DNA of 64,000 nt. Origin: Octopus bimaculoides (taxonomy: Eukaryota). The stretch covers positions 50,308,343-50,372,342 of the forward strand of contig NC_068995.1 of the NCBI RefSeq assembly GCF_001194135.2, in the 5' to 3' direction. Below are positions 48,751 to 62,940 of the stretch, in pieces. The translations under genes were made by a program, and so were the position numbers. Position 1 is the first letter of the stretch, and the number at the start of each line of letters is the position of its first letter. The notes under the pieces were generated by a model, which did not search any database, had not been told where the DNA came from, and was given only the letters and a program-made list of their open reading frames with translations.

Positions 48751-51339
48751 AAGATGAAGAAAATTGTATAAACGATCTGGGCTACTCCAAGAGTATTAAC
48801 ATGTGGGAAGAGGTGGAGGGGGGGTTACAAAACAGACTCTTGGAATGTTTAGTCCATTTTCGTAGAGACAGATTAAAATGAGGGTGAGGAGGAGGAGGGG
48901 TAGGGAGTAGAAAAATTGAGAGTTGGAAAGAGAAAGAGTGAGTTTGAGTAAAAACAAAAATAAACCAAAGACTTTGGTATAATACTAATGTATTTGTAAG
49001 GATTAAGACAAGACATTCGGAGCCTTAATCTTTATCCCATAGCTGTTATTGAAGAACTGGGTTAAATAGGGTCAGTGACTGCAAGGGATTGATCTTTCAA
49101 CAAAAGTATATATGAAGGTTGAAGGAGAGATATAGGTTTGTTCTACTCACACATTATTATTTTTTCCCCCCACCACATATTTTGATATTGAAATTAACTT
49201 TTAACCCTTTCAAGTTTTAAAACTCACATTCATTCTCTTCCTGCCTTCCATACATTTCCATCCCGCCTTTGATCTTTGCCAGAGTCACCCTTTCGGCTTG
49301 GAAATTTTCAGGTTTCAAATATTACATTTGTATTTCATTTTATAATTACTTCCATTTTGTCAGGTAGAAATCTTCCTTTAAAATATCAAGTTAAGAGTCT
49401 AATTGGAGCTTTGAGAAAGTGGCTTTGGTTTACAGACAGAAAGTGAACAGGCAGAAAGTTGATACTGTTGTAATCAGTGCAAATACTTGTTTCAGCCCAA
49501 ACTGAACACACCTATGAGTAAAATTATTCCAGCCCTGACCATACTGTCTTTTTTCAGATATTGTGTATCTAGGATTACATCAGCCAAAGTATTATGTGAT
49601 AAATGAGAATGTTGATTTTGTTAGGTCTGCATGTGTGTGTGTGTATTAGTGTATTATATATATGTGTGTATGGTATATTGGCTATCCAGTATATGCCTCT
49701 GTTTTTAAGACAGTGAGGTAAAGACTGAGGGAGATTTAGTTGCTATCTCTTGCTGGTTGACCAACTACAAACATACACACAGGCTCCTTTCATGCATCAA
49801 AGAAGATGTATGTTGTCAAGCAGAGCAGATGATTTTTGATAACTACAATTAATGCTTAGTTGAAGAAATATTATCAATGTGACATTTCAATGAATAGTGT
49901 TTAAAAGAGTCGAGGAGAGGACAAGGAAAAGGAAAAACATTAAAAACGAAAAACTGAGTTATGAAGATGATAATTGTAGTAATGGCATAATTTGAATGCC
50001 AACAACAACTTGTGTCCATGTTGACCAATATCTAGAACACAACAAGGTCCAGCCTGTGTTGTGGTGAGCTGGCTTGTGTACTTCAATAACCCTGAGAGCT
50101 ATACAAGGAAGGAGGAAGGGAGCAAGCTCCTGGGTGGGCCTCCCATGCTGGACAGGCCAAAGGATAGAGGTCAGCCTAATATGGACCTCTTATTTCCAGT
50201 AGTAAAAATAGGTTTGCGTAAGGCCAACAACCCTACCTAGAGAAAGGCTAATTTACAAAAGTATCACTGGTACCACATAAAAAGCACCCAGTACACTATG
50301 CAAAGTGGTTGGCATTGGGAAGGGCATCCAGCTGTAGAAACCAAACCAAAACAAAACTATGGAATCTGGTGCAGCTCCCGTCAAACTGCCCAGCCCAGAC
50401 ACATGATGATGATGTTGACAATCCATAACCAACAGGACCTGGGAGTGGAAGGCCTTCCCTCAGGAAAACATCAAAATTGGATCATCTGCTAAAAAAGTCC
50501 CCAAAACTTCTTTCTGAAAGGAAGAAGTAAATTCCATCAACAGGTCTGTCACCAACATCATTAACTACTTAAATTATATACCACCTCTCTCATGCTAGCA
50601 GTGTAGTCCACACACAGAATTACTCATTTTAGTAACAATAGCAGCTAAATGACACTCAAATCACACCCTACAATTTTGAGGACACAGTGGATTAAGAAGT
50701 CTTAGATATGTCTGATTGGAAAGTGGAATGGACATAGCTGGAATGGTTTTTATCTAAAGTCTGTTTGATTAGTATAAATTAGGGACGAAAACAGCATTTC
50801 TCCCCACCCCCTTCTCTCTCTGCAATAGGCTTAACAGATTAAATAGTTTTGTTTACAACTTAGAAATTTCCTGTAGGTTTTTAATCCACCTCATAAACAA
50901 ACTGTCCCTTGTTCAGATTTAGTTGTTTACCTCAGATAAGAGTTTCTAAAAATCTTATTCCAAAAGTCAACAACATTAATATTACATGTGTGAGTGTTGT
51001 TTCATGTGTGTGTGTGAAAGTGGGAGAGAGATGGGGTGAAGACAGATGCAGGGAAATTGTGAAAGATAGAGAAGTGGTATGTGTTCCCAGAGTGCCACAG
51101 TAAGTCAACTGTCCCTACTTGAGCCCTCTTTTGCTATATTAAAAAAAAGGAGAATTCTCAGCAAGATATCATCAACCTGAAGTGCCAGTCTGAAGATGTT
51201 TACCACTAAATCCACTTCTCAAACATGATGGGGCTACTCCAAAACCAGTTCTTTTCTTTTAATTCAATAAAATATACTTCCAGACATGCCTTCTTTTTCC
51301 TCAACTACAACAAATACACTATTATTTGACAGTAACTTC

Positions 51340-51570
51340 AGGGAGCCTCTATGTGGTCGAATGGCCTACTAGAAATAGCAGTTAAACCTCCCTCAAAACA
51401 CACCCTACTGACTTAAAAAGGAGAACACAATGGATAATGTAGTCATAGAAACATTGTCTGCAAATTGAAAAAAAACCCAAAAAAAACATGGAATTTGTCA
51501 TGGCATGAATACGTTTGATCATGATTCAGCTTAATCAAGACTGACCAGTGGTTATGAAAAACAAAGCTCC
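51340..51570 (+). repeat. Dispersed short repeat family D (unclassified)
   Basis: Motifs gctagaaatagcagc(t/c)aaat..cctcaaatcacacc...ggacac...gacctggggctaaacaac recur at about 1170-1350, 24040-24270(-), 30065-30250(-), 37460-37660, 49480-49770(-), 57330-57510, 57815-57990 and 61750-61960. Confidence 0.65.
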
Positions 51571-51689
51571 TTATTTAGAGAAAGACGACAGATAGAATAA
51601 TGGATTAGGAGTTAGGGATTGGCGTACTGCACTTGATAGTTCATTACTGTTGGAAATGCTGAGTCACTGAAGAATGAGGTTCTGGATTT

Positions 51690-52110
51690 GCATGTGATGA
51701 TGAAGCACGATCTTCGAATGTCGGGCCTCACAGAGGCAATGACAAGTGACCGAGACCTTTGGAGATATGCTGTGCTTGAGAAGACCCAGCAAGCCAAGTG
51801 AGACCATAACCGTGGCCTAAGCCAGTGCAGCATAACTGGCCCAGTCAAGAGTACTCTTCGATCATTGGGCAATAAACTGTACTTGCAAAGACCTGTTGAG
51901 TCAAGTGAAGTCATTGTCGTGGCTAATGCCAGTACTGCCTGACTGGCATGTAAAAAGCACCATTCGAGTGTGGTCGATGCCAGTGCCGCCTGACTGGCTC
52001 CTGTGCTGGTGGCATGTAAAAAGCAACCATCAAGTATTGTCATTGCTAGTGCTGCCTGACTGGCTACCATGCTGGTGGCACGTAAAAAGTACCATTCAAG
52101 TACCATTAGT
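51690..52110 (+). mobile_element. RTE LINE extreme 3' end plus UTR
   Basis: VMKHDLRMSGLTEAMTSDRDLWRYAVLEKT ORF end, then UTR with repeated gccagt/gtgctggtggcacgtaaaaagcacc units like 54230-54520. Confidence 0.75.
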
Positions 52111-53744
52111 AAGTGCCAGTTGAACATGGGGGTCGATGTAATTGACTTACCCCACCCTTGAAATTGCTGGCCTTATGCTAAAATTATTATTATTATTATT
52201 TTGGTTTGGGGACTGCATCTACAAACTGGGGTGGATGGATGTTCATATATTCACACTTCCGTAGAGGACATTAGAGACTGGCACAAATGTAGTGAAATAG
52301 ATACAGCTGGGAATCTGAAACCAAATCATAGGATTGGTTTATTATGCATAAACACATGCATACAGATTTCCTTTTCGTTAAAGTTGTAATGTTAAGTTAT
52401 TTTAAGTGGTCATATTATAGCAAGAACAAAACCCTATCTGACTAAATTTTATATCTTGGCCAGGAGGGATGAATCCACTTAAAGGTCACCAGATGAGAGC
52501 AACTAAACCAAGCTCATATCACAGCCATAAATTCTCCAGAATGGCACTTCAACTGGTTTAGCCAATAAACAATGTTTAAACTTCCAGCTGTTAACTCCTG
52601 TTGACTGTCCTGTCCTAGTAGAGTACTGGAACACAAATGTCTTGTGATAGATAGTTTTGATATTTCTTTCCATATTTAAATTTACATCGTGTGTTCAAAT
52701 CCCTCTGATCAAATAAGTAGCACCAAGTATTGAATTTAATCTAATCAAGTATACCTTTCCCTAAAATTTTATTGCAACATTGTCAATGAATGCCTCAGTG
52801 ACCCCATGGTCAAGGGAGGGGAAGGAAGTCAGAGGAGTAAAAAAACAGCACCGATGTGCCTTTTCAGACATCCAAGACTTAAAGAAAAGAGGAAGTTATT
52901 CTCAAACCAGAAACTGGGTTCAGATTCTTGCAACAGAGTGGGCTCCATTAAAGGGACCGAAGGACTAGATAGAAGTGTTTAACTAGACATTGGATCAAAC
53001 CTAGTACCCAAGAAGAAGAACAACAACTCCAATGCACTTCCACACAGTTTCCATCTATTGAATTTTATTCACAAGATTGTAGTCATTCAAGGCTATGGTA
53101 GAAGATGCTTGCCTTAGATGCTGCACTGAGTGAGGTTGAACCTGAAACTATACAGTCATGAAGCAAACTTCTTAACCATAATAAAAAGCCACACTTATAA
53201 ATACTGCAACAGAAACTATATGCTATCAAATTCTTCAGCTAGTTTCCTCTTTCCTCTCCATACAGATCTGTTGGTATATCTGAAACAACACATCTGCAGG
53301 TTGCACCTAGTTTTATCCAGCTGGCTACATGTATGCCATGTAGGTCTACACAACAAAAATCTGAGGCCACAACTCAGTGTCTACTTAAATTGAATTTTAA
53401 TTCTAAAATGCATTAAAAAATGTAATTCTTGGCTAAGTTTAGTTATGTACAAAACACTCCCATCCCAAATAATTGGACTTCCTTCCCAACAGATGTGAAA
53501 ACATGCAAACAAGATGAAAGAATAAGTTGGTAAATAATTGTGAATCCTGAATTTTCTATTAGTGAAAATAAATTTCTTAATAAATAAATAAAAAGCGTCG
53601 TTAAAATGAAACAACTCTTTTGAATCAGTAGCAATTTATGTATGTTGTAATGTCAAGTACCATCAACAATCAAGAAGTCTTAACTTTCAAATAAAAAACA
53701 AAACTTAGGATAAACATCATGAGGCTGTAGAGTGCGTGTGTGTG

Positions 53745-54620
53745 GGGGGCTTTCATTATCTAGGTGACCAAGTCAGTAGCAGAGGTAGATGCTCTGAGAG
53801 CTTAGCTGCGAGAATAAGGATAGGCTGGGCAAAGTTCAGAGAGCTCCTACCTCTGTAGGCAACAAATGGCTTCTCCCTCAGACAGAAAGGCAGACTGTAT
53901 GATGCCTGCATGCAAACAGCTATGTTGCACATCAGTGAAACATGGGCTGTGACCTCCGAGGACATGCGTAGGCTTGAAAGAAATGAAGTTAGAATGCTTT
54001 GCTGGATACGGAATGTCAGTGTGCATATATGACAGATTGTATCTTGAGAGAAAAGTTGGGCATAAGAGGCAACAGATGTGGTGTGCAAGAGTGATGACTG
54101 TTGGTATGATCATGTGATATGTATGGACAAGGAAAGCTTTGTAAAGAAATTCCAATCTCTGTGGAGGGAGCCTATGGTAGAGGTAGACCCAGGAAGACAT
54201 GGGACAAGGTGGCAAAACATGATCTTTGAATGCTGGGCCTCGTAGAAGCACTGATTAGTGACCAAAACCTTTGGCGACATGCCATGCTTGAGAAGACCTG
54301 TCAAGCTAAGTTGTGGTTGATGCTGGTGTTACGTAAAAAGCACCTTTTGAGTATTGGACCTCATGGAAGCAAAACAAATGACTGAGACCTTTGGCAAAAT
54401 GCTGTGCTTCAGAAGAAGACCCATCAAGCCAAGTGAAATCGTAGTCATGGTAGATACTGGTGTCACACAATGGCATCTGTGGGTGGCATGTAAAAGCACC
54501 CATTAGACTCTTGGAGTGGTTGGTGTTAGGAAGGGCATTCAGCCAGAGAAACCATGTCAAATAAGACTGTCAGCTTACCAGCCCTGGTCGAACTGTCCAA
54601 CCCATGCCAGCATGGACAAT
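53745..54620 (+). mobile_element. RTE-clade LINE 3' fragment, decayed, same family as 22123-23455
   Basis: Translates as YLGDQVS..SESLAARIRIGWAKFRELLPL..LYDACMQTAMLH.SETWAVT..MRRLERNEVRML..GRGRPRKTW with stops and frameshifts, followed by the family 3' UTR and tail. Confidence 0.9.
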
Positions 54621-54650
54621 GAAATTATTCTCTCATGGTCTGCATGTGTA

Positions 54651-54697
<47 letters not shown>

Positions 54698-55472
54698 NNN
54701 NNNNNNNNNNNNNNNNNNNNNNNNNNNNNNNNNNNNNNNNNNNNNNNNNNNNNNNNNNNNNNNNNNNNNNNNNNNNNNNNNNNNNNNNNNNNNNNNNNNN
54801 NNNNNNNNNNNNNNNNNNNNNNNNNNNNNNNNNNNNNNNNNNNNNNNNNNNNNNNNNNNNNNNNNNNNNNNNNNNNNNNNNNNNNNNNNNNNNNNNNNNN
54901 NNNNNNNNNNNNNNNNNNNNNNNNNNNNNNNNNNNNNNNNNNNNNNNNNNNNNNNNNNNNNNNNNNNNNNNNNNNNNNNNNNNNNNNNNNNNNNNNNNNN
55001 NNNNNNNNNNNNNNNNNNNNNNNNNNNNNNNNNNNNNNNNNNNNNNNNNNNNNNNNNNNNNNNNNNNNNNNNNNNNNNNNNNNNNNNNNNNNNNNNNNNN
55101 NNNNNNNNNNNNNNNNNNNNNNNNNNNNNNNNNNNNNNNNNNNNNNNNNNNNNNNNNNNNNNNNNNNNNNNNNNNNNNNNNNNNNNNNNNNNNNNNNNNN
55201 NNNNNNNNNNNNNNNNNNNNNNNNNNNNNNNNNNNNNNNNNNNNNNNNNNNNNNNNNNNNNNNNNNNNNNNNNNNNNNNNNNNNNNNNNNNNNNNNNNNN
55301 NNNNNNNNNNNNNNNNNNNNNNNNNNNNNNNNNNNNNNNNNNNNNNNNNNNNNNNNNNNNNNNNNNNNNNNNNNNNNNNNNNNNNNNNNNNNNNNNNNNN
55401 NNNNNNNNNNNNNNNNNNNNNNNNNNNNNNNNNNNNNNNNNNNNNNNNNNNNNNNNNNNNNNNNNNNNNNNN

Positions 55473-55682
55473 GTTTGTGTGTCTGTGTTTGTCCCCCCAA
55501 CATGGCTCAACAACCGATGCTGGTGTGTTTAGGTCCGCGTAACCTAGTGGTTCGGCAAAAGAGACCGATAGAATAAGTACTAGGCTTACAAAGAATAAGT
55601 CCTGGGGTCGATTTGCTTGACTAAAGGCGGTGCTCCAGCATGGCCACAGTCAAATGACTGAAACAAGTAAAAGAGTGAAAAA
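55473..55682 (+). mobile_element. SINE family A tail module (head probably in gap)
   Basis: Near-consensus tail immediately after the N-run. Confidence 0.85.
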
Positions 55683-56439
55683 AAAAAAGAAGAGTATTGT
55701 AGCAATAAAAGAAGTTAGATCTACAATCTTTCAAAATGAAGGACTGCATGTAAAGAGTTATGTTATAGTCAACAAGTTTCTTCTTCAGAGCAAAATCTTA
55801 TGATATCAGTATAAGGGGTAGAGCCTGAATACTGCCTGACAGATGATCCTAAGATTGAAGAGTCTGTAAGAGAAAACTTTGTAATTTGGTAGATTACCAG
55901 GTTACTTGTTTGTCTTTTTATCTTTGCTTGAATGTAACATAACCAGAAGAAAAAAGTGTAATGCTCCAGATATATAAGAGGCTGTACTCCATAGCATTGG
56001 AATAATTTGGCAATGTAAAGACATAATAATAGCTATAGTGTTATATGTTACCTGTTATAGCATAATGACTCACCTTGAGATGTTCACATTACTCCAACAC
56101 ATACTATCAACTGATCAGAGATTCAACTTACCTGAAAAATATAAAGAAAATATAAAAAGTTAATACAGAATTTCATTACTCCGTTATTAAAATTATTATT
56201 TACAACACAATAATCTTTCTTCATCCATTCAGGGTGTGGTGGCTATGAACCATGCCCACCCAAAAAGGTAAAGAAATCAAGTTAATACAGTGAAATTATT
56301 ATAATTAAACTACATAGTTACTATTAATTATAGTAACTTCTAAGCAATTAAAATGGTCACTTTAGTGCCACCATACAATTGCATTCTTGATCTTGTCTGA
56401 TCCAGTTCCAGTATCTGAGTCTTATTTCATCACTGCTGT

Positions 56440-56650
56440 TGTCTGAATTTGGGAATGTATGATGGCACTAAAGTGGCAACCTGAGGGGAAAAGAGCAACA
56501 GGGCGCCCTAAAACCACATGCCAAAGGATCGTAGACAAAGAAAGGACACAAGAAGAGTGGAGATACTGGAATGAGATCAGAACAATGGCAGAAAACAGAG
56601 CTGGTTGGAGAGATTGTGTTGTGGCCTTATGTACCTCATAGCAGAGAGAG
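56440..56650 (+). mobile_element. RTE-clade LINE 3' end (third family)
   Basis: ALKWQPEGKRATGRPKTTCQRIVDKER..EEWRYWNEIRTMAENRAGWRDCVVALCTS* is the typical RTE terminal GKRxxGRPK...AxxRxxW...ALC motif. Confidence 0.7.
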
Positions 56651-56749
56651 AGAGTACTAACTAATTGAAGCAATAAATTAAAATACTGTTCAATCAATAA
56701 ATCCAAAATCAACTTATTTTCATTCTTTCATCACCATCCTGCCAACGAA

Positions 56750-56920
56750 GACCACCCCTACTGACTTGCCCCAACCTCTTACACTTACCCTCCATTTAAA
56801 AAATTTACAAGTACACTATTGAAATCTTGAAGCTACAAAATAGTTTGTGATTAATTCAAAATAGTGTGAATAAATAAGCATTACATTTGACAAAGTAATC
56901 TGAATACTAAAAGGTTAATA
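56750..56920 (-). mobile_element. TTAA MITE partial copy
   Basis: Ends gtaatctgaatactaaaaggttaa, the reverse complement of the family left end. Confidence 0.55.
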
Positions 56921-57504
56921 TAGTCCCTAGGCAGACTCAGTATGATTCTGTGGGGCAAAGATGGATTTTCAAATTACAGGTGTAGACCATTCTACTTGTT
57001 TGCATTGAACCAATTTCACCAAAAATTGGTTTGAGTCAACTCAGTACTATGAAGATATTTGTTTTAGGTACTGTGTGGAGGGATTGAATCAAGACCTCGA
57101 ATAGCAAACAACCAACCACTCTGCCATTGAACTTAATTAGAGATAAAGTAACATTCTGTAACTGGTTGGCTGCTATATATTCTTAGAATCTTTGAGGGTA
57201 TGTCAGTCATCATGGGGTCATCATGGGATCATCATGTGACACCAACTTTGGAGTGATATTGAAGATTGTGCTTCATGGTAACGAGAGAAGAAAACTGCGA
57301 CTTTACAGCTCCAGCAGTGATATCCTTGCTATTGAGCCTCTTTTTGTGTCACTTGACTTGCTATAAATAGGAGCCAAATTCCCTCAAATTACAATACAGG
57401 AAAGGACACATTATGACAATCTAGCTCTAGGTACTACAAAACGGACAAGATGTTCACAGCTGGGATGCTTTTGCTCATGAAGTCTGCTCAATCAGGGTTG
57501 ACCT

Positions 57505-57790
57505 TGGGCAAGTGTCTTCAACTACAGACCACAGGCTGACCAATGCCTTGTGAGTGAATCTGGTAGATGGGCACTGTGTAGAAGTCTGTTATGTGTGTGT
57601 GTGTGTTCCCCACCACTACTCAACAAGTAGCACCGATTTGTTTAAGTCCCCAGTAACTTAGCAGTTCAGTAAAAGAGACCAATAGAATAAGTACTACACT
57701 TGAAAATAAGTACTAGGTTCGATTTGTTTGACTAAATGCTTCAAGGCGGTGCTCCAGCATGGCTGCAGTACAATGACTGAAGCAAGTTAA
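57505..57790 (+). mobile_element. SINE family A, 5'-truncated
   Basis: Begins at ccttgggcaagtgtc; (TG)n linker and tail follow. Confidence 0.75.
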
Positions 57791-59109
57791 TAGAAAAAAA
57801 GAAAAAGAATTGTTTGACCTGTTAGAAATAGCAGCTAAATTAAACTCAAATCTTAAACAAGGCAAGGACATATTAGACAAGGCACCTCCTACCCACCTCT
57901 GAAAGAATGAAATTGTCATTGCTGGAATGCTTGTGGTCATTAGGTCAACACAATCAGGGTTAGCCTGGAGCTAAACAACAGCAACAACAACATATAAAAC
58001 TTCTTAACTTGATTCAACTCATTTTTATTTGGATTCTGAAATATTCTAGTGAATTTTCCTCTTAAATCCACATAACTTTTGTGAAGTCAAAAATATCAAT
58101 GTTCCCCAAGGCCTCTTATTAAAAAGAAAATGAAGCAGCTTTTGCAGCATTGTTTCGGAATAGTTTAAATAGTTTTAAATACTTCCAGTTTAGAACCAGA
58201 TCAAATGGTAAACAGAATTTCAAGGTAACACTTGGGAATAGATTGCCACACTAAAAAGAACCAACAAGCATTATTTGTTCTTGGGAAATAAGGGAATGTG
58301 CCAATTTATGATACAGCTATAAGGAATTGGCTTCACTATAATTCAAGAATGTGGTTGGTGTACCAGTAGCTGAAATCAAAGAGATCTGTGGTATGTTGCT
58401 AGTGTAATGACATGATGGTAGTTTGACACAATGAATAACAAGGTGATAATGTAGTAGAATAGTAATAGAAAGGTAGTGGTGCACTATAATAGTGTAGCTT
58501 TACATCCAATAGTGAAAATCTGGGTTTGCAAATTCCAGGGATTTGAAAAGTGTAGAATCACCTCTTATCCTCTATTGTTCCAAGTTCTACCCTGACATAG
58601 CTGTGACACTTGTCAAGGTCCTAGCTATGTGTTATTGAGCATGTCATGAAATTACTTCAGCAAGAAGGTCACTTACAGACACGCCAAATGCCTCAAGACA
58701 GATAAGGCCCTTCAGCTGCTTATCCAAGAGAAGGTAACCCCATACAAATCCTGCACCCTGAGAACTACTGGGCTTGGACAAAAGAGTGGGACTGGTTCTA
58801 CAAAAGCTATGCCCACTATATTAATATTCAAAGAGCAGGTTGTTCAGCGAATTAAAGCACCAGTACCAGCATCACACTTTCTTCATAAGTTCAGTGACAA
58901 TAGGGAAAGGGACAATAGGGACATGCAGAGAATACTGCTGGAAATCTTCAGCTTTGATCCTACACACAGGTGGCCAGAGGGTGATGGTCGTTTTCTACAA
59001 TCTGACAATGTGCAACTGTGTTTTACTGAACCCGTGTTCACCAAAACAAGCGATTCCATCAATGAAATGGTGTGATAATTCTTATTTTATTATGTGATGG
59101 TTGTGTAAG

Positions 59110-59510
59110 CCATGATGGCTGGGCTGTAATGTAATGGCAGGATTGTAGTCTAGCATTATGTTGAGATGGTAGTATAATGCAATGGTATGATGATAGTGGT
59201 ATGTAATGACACAACGCTAGTGTAAATTAAGGCCACAAAGGTAGAGTAGTGCAATGGAGAGATGGTAATGTAAATGTAATTATATAAAAGAAGTGTAAAG
59301 TAATAGTATAAAGGCAGTGCAATATAATAGCATGATGGTGGTGTAATATAATGGTATAATGGCAGTGTACTGTAATGGTATGATGATTGGGTAATCTTAT
59401 GACATGATGATAATTTAATGTAACAACATGATTGCAGTATAATGGTATAATATTAGAGGACTCTAACAACATAACAATAGTGTACTGGTATGATGGTCAT
59501 CTAATGTAAT
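59110..59510. repeat. Highly degenerate tandem repeat (tgtaatataatggtataatggcag-like)
   Basis: Recurring gtaat/atggta/ggcagt sub-motifs with an approximate 24-bp period. Confidence 0.55.
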
Positions 59511-59784
59511 GGCATACAATGGTAGAAGAGTCATGTCTTCTTCAAGCAATTGCAATCAAAATGCATTTAACCATGCTACACCAGGAATCTCTATCACCGT
59601 TAGCTTTGGTAGATCTTCAATTTCATGTTGCATGTATCCGCCAATAACATCAACAAAGTCATTGAATGGTTTTATCTTCCATTATTATGAGGAAGTCTCC
59701 CAAAAATACAACAGGACTTGTATGATGGTAGGATAGTGTAAGTGGAGGATACAAATGTAAGGAGGATAATAGTTATGATGATGA

Positions 59785-60078
59785 GGGGTCCAGTTGATCC
59801 GATCAACAGAACAGCCTGCTCGTGAACTTAATGTACAAGTGGCTGAGCACTCCATAGACACACATATACCGTTAATGTAGTTCTCAAAGAGATTCAGCAG
59901 GAGAAAGTATGCGATGAGGCTGGCCCTTTGAATTACATGTAAAACTCATTTCTGAAGCTGAATGGACAGGAGCAATGTGAAGTCAAGTATCTTGCTCAAG
60001 GACACAATGTGCCACAAGATACCAAACTCATGATCTTGAGTCAAATACCCAAGCCACTTAGCCATGTGCTTTCACTGA
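59785..60078 (-). mobile_element. tRNA-derived SINE family H
   Basis: cagttgatccgatcaacagaacagcctgctc...gctcaaggacacaa...ccacttagccatgtgctttcac. A decayed plus-strand copy lies at about 6390-6560. Confidence 0.8.
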
Positions 60079-60110
60079 ATACAATGAAGAATTTAGTAAA
60101 ATAACTTTGT

Positions 60111-60462
60111 TATTATTACCTCCTCCTTAGCGAAGGTGGAGGTATTGTTTTCAGTGGTGTTTGTTTGTCCATGGACAAGACATCTCAAGAACTGCTGGAT
60201 GGATTCAGATGAAACTTTCAGGGATGTTTGGCCTTGTGACTGGCACAGACTGATTAGATTTTGGGATCGATCCATTACCAGACAAGGATTCTGGATTATT
60301 TTTCCTGCTTTTTTACTAAATTTTTGAGAGTGGTTAGGGTTCATTTTTAGTATTCTCATTTGTAAGAGCAGTTGAGTTTATTTCAGATATTCTCATTTTA
60401 AAAATCATCAAGAGGACGTTGGAGTTGCCTTGGCAGAGGTTTGAGCTCTCTGAGTGCTCTTG
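60111..60462 (+). mobile_element. Helentron/HINE-like non-autonomous element (no insert)
   Basis: Same termini (ttattacctcctccttagcgaaggtggaggtattg ... gccttggcagaggtttgagctctctgagtgctcttgtt) and same internal sequence as 38967-39565. Confidence 0.7.
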
Positions 60463-60464
60463 TT

Positions 60465-60652
60465 AAATCACTTGACAACCGATGCTGGTGTGTTTAAGTC
60501 CCTGTAACTTAGCGGTTCGGCAAAAGAGACTGATAGAATAAGTACTAGGCTTACAAGGAATAAGTCCTGGGGTTGATTAGCTCGACTAAAAGGCGGTGCT
60601 CCAGCATGGCCAATGTCAAATGACTGAAACAAGTAAAAGAGTAAAGAGTAAT
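60465..60652 (+). mobile_element. SINE family A tail module
   Basis: Near-consensus tail directly after the HINE-like element. Confidence 0.85.
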
Positions 60653-61345
60653 GCCCTTTTTCTTTTTTAAGTGCTCGCACCCACTTACTTTAGAATCTGT
60701 CTACACTACAAGACCATGGATGACCTGGGGCTAAACAACACCAACAGTGGTGATAGTTGGCAGGACAGTATAACATGATCTCTAAATGAGAGTACAGCTC
60801 TTTAAATAGAGGAAGTTTATTTAGTGTAACAGAAGACAGAGCAATATTGGTGGATTACCAACAGAATAGCAGATGGAGGTGATGGCGACAGTACATGAAT
60901 CGTGTGTGTGTGTGTGTGTGTGTGTGTATACTTGAGTAAATGTAAGCATGTGTATATATGCATGAGGGAGTGCATGTGTGTGAGAGAGCATGTGTATTCT
61001 TAATATGTTTATGAACATTTCTGAAATGCTATCTTCTGTGTGTGTGTGTGTGCATGTTGGCTTATATGCTTAAGTGTACCAGCCTATGCCAGTGCAAGAG
61101 TCCTCTCTTTTTTCTCATAGAAAATCATCATCATCATCATCATTGTCATCACCATCATCACAGTCAGCAGCAGTAGGCAAATGTATACTGAGGAATTTAT
61201 GTTGGCAATAAGAGCAGATGGAAGCAAACCTACTGATATTTGATGATATTTCCAACAAGAAACAACTATTATAAGAAACTCAACTGTCAACTTGTTACAG
61301 GTGACGACCTTTACACACTTTATTTATATATATACATATATATAT

Positions 61346-61423
<78 letters not shown>

Positions 61424-62499
61424 GGAGATATAGTGTGTTTATCAGGTAACAACATATTTGGGGGTTGCAATTTGCAATCTTTATAAAAGTACATGAAACA
61501 GATTGACATATCCCACCACCACCAATAACAACAACATCATAAGCATCACCATCTTCATCACCATGACCATCACCACCATCACAACCACTACCATCTTCAC
61601 CACCACCACCATCACTACTCTTGTTTAATAAGAAAGCCGGCTGCCGTTGGAAGAGATTCATAAAATATTGGTATTAGTAGAACAGGTAGCATTTTGCTTT
61701 ATACCTGTCCTTTCACCACACCCGACTACCTTTTGGTTACATTACAACAAATATTGAATCATTGAGAGGACTGATATGTAAGTCACAAATCCAGCTAAAG
61801 ATAGCCCCCAAATTTCCCTCAAATCATATTCCATCATCTTAATGAGAGAGGACAGAACACATGAGAATATATATATAAAAGACTAGCTTATAAAAGTTAT
61901 AGTATCTTAGATCAAGAGGTCTACTCGATCAGAACTGACTTGGGGCTAAACAGTAATATGACTACAAACGTTTCAATATAGTGTAACATTAACATTATTA
62001 AATGAGTTGTCCCCTGTATCACCACCACCACCACCACCATCTTTATCAGCAGCAGCAAGTTGCACGCTAACTTCAATTACTTTTGCAAATTATGGTATTT
62101 ACACACGCACAGGTTATGTATATCATCACCATTACTTCTGTCTCATTGTTCAGTCAAATTTTCTATGGTTGGATGCTCTTTCTGTTGCCAATCCTTATTG
62201 GTTTCCAAACAATTACCTTGTGATTTCAAGACAAGACACACACACATGCACAAACACACACACACACAAATATTTTACATCCAAAATAGCTTGAATGCTG
62301 ATAAATCAAATGTAAAACTGGATTGAAACATATGTAGGATTTTTTTGGTTAGTTCTTTTGTTGGTCAGGTCCCCTTATATCCTGAATCTTATATGTATTA
62401 CTTTCTCATTGTGATATTAATAAATTTAACCAAGTATCCACCTTATATTGTTTCTTCTCCATTTTCTTTTATTAACTTTATATATATACATCTATACAA

Positions 62500-62660
62500 C
62501 AGGCTTCTCTCAGTTTCTGTCTACCAAATCAACTCACAAGGTTTTGGTCAGCCCGGGACTATAGTAGAAGACGCTTGCCCAAGGTGCCACACAATGGGAC
62601 TGAACCTAGAACCATGTGGTTGGGAAGCAGCTTCTTACCACACAGCCATGCCTGCGTGTA
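62500..62660 (-). mobile_element. SINE family A head module
   Basis: Reverse complement of the head. Similar solitary heads lie at about 852-1000, 3890-4020 and 53035-53190 (all minus). Confidence 0.8.
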
Positions 62661-62751
62661 TGTTTATTGCTCTTACAAAACCCCCCAGAATAAAAAGGAT
62701 ATACAGACACCCACCCATCCAACCCATTTTACAAACAAGGTCAGTTGCATG

Positions 62752-62807
<56 letters not shown>

Positions 62808-62904
62808 NNNNNNNNNNNNNNNNNNNNNNNNNNNNNNNNNNNNNNNNNNNNNNNNNNNNNNNNNNNNNNNNNNNNNNNNNNNNNNNNNNNNNNNNNNNNN
62901 NNNN

Positions 62905-62940
<36 letters not shown>

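Noticed and set aside
53245-53420. Plus-strand strong acceptor followed by two open frames
   Set aside because: No convincing donor, no recognisable protein, and no other plus-strand exons to connect to.
58600-59075. 88-aa ORF MPTILIFKEQVV...
   Set aside because: No splice signals or domain. Faint RTE-like words (RLFSELKH) suggest a decayed LINE, below reporting confidence.
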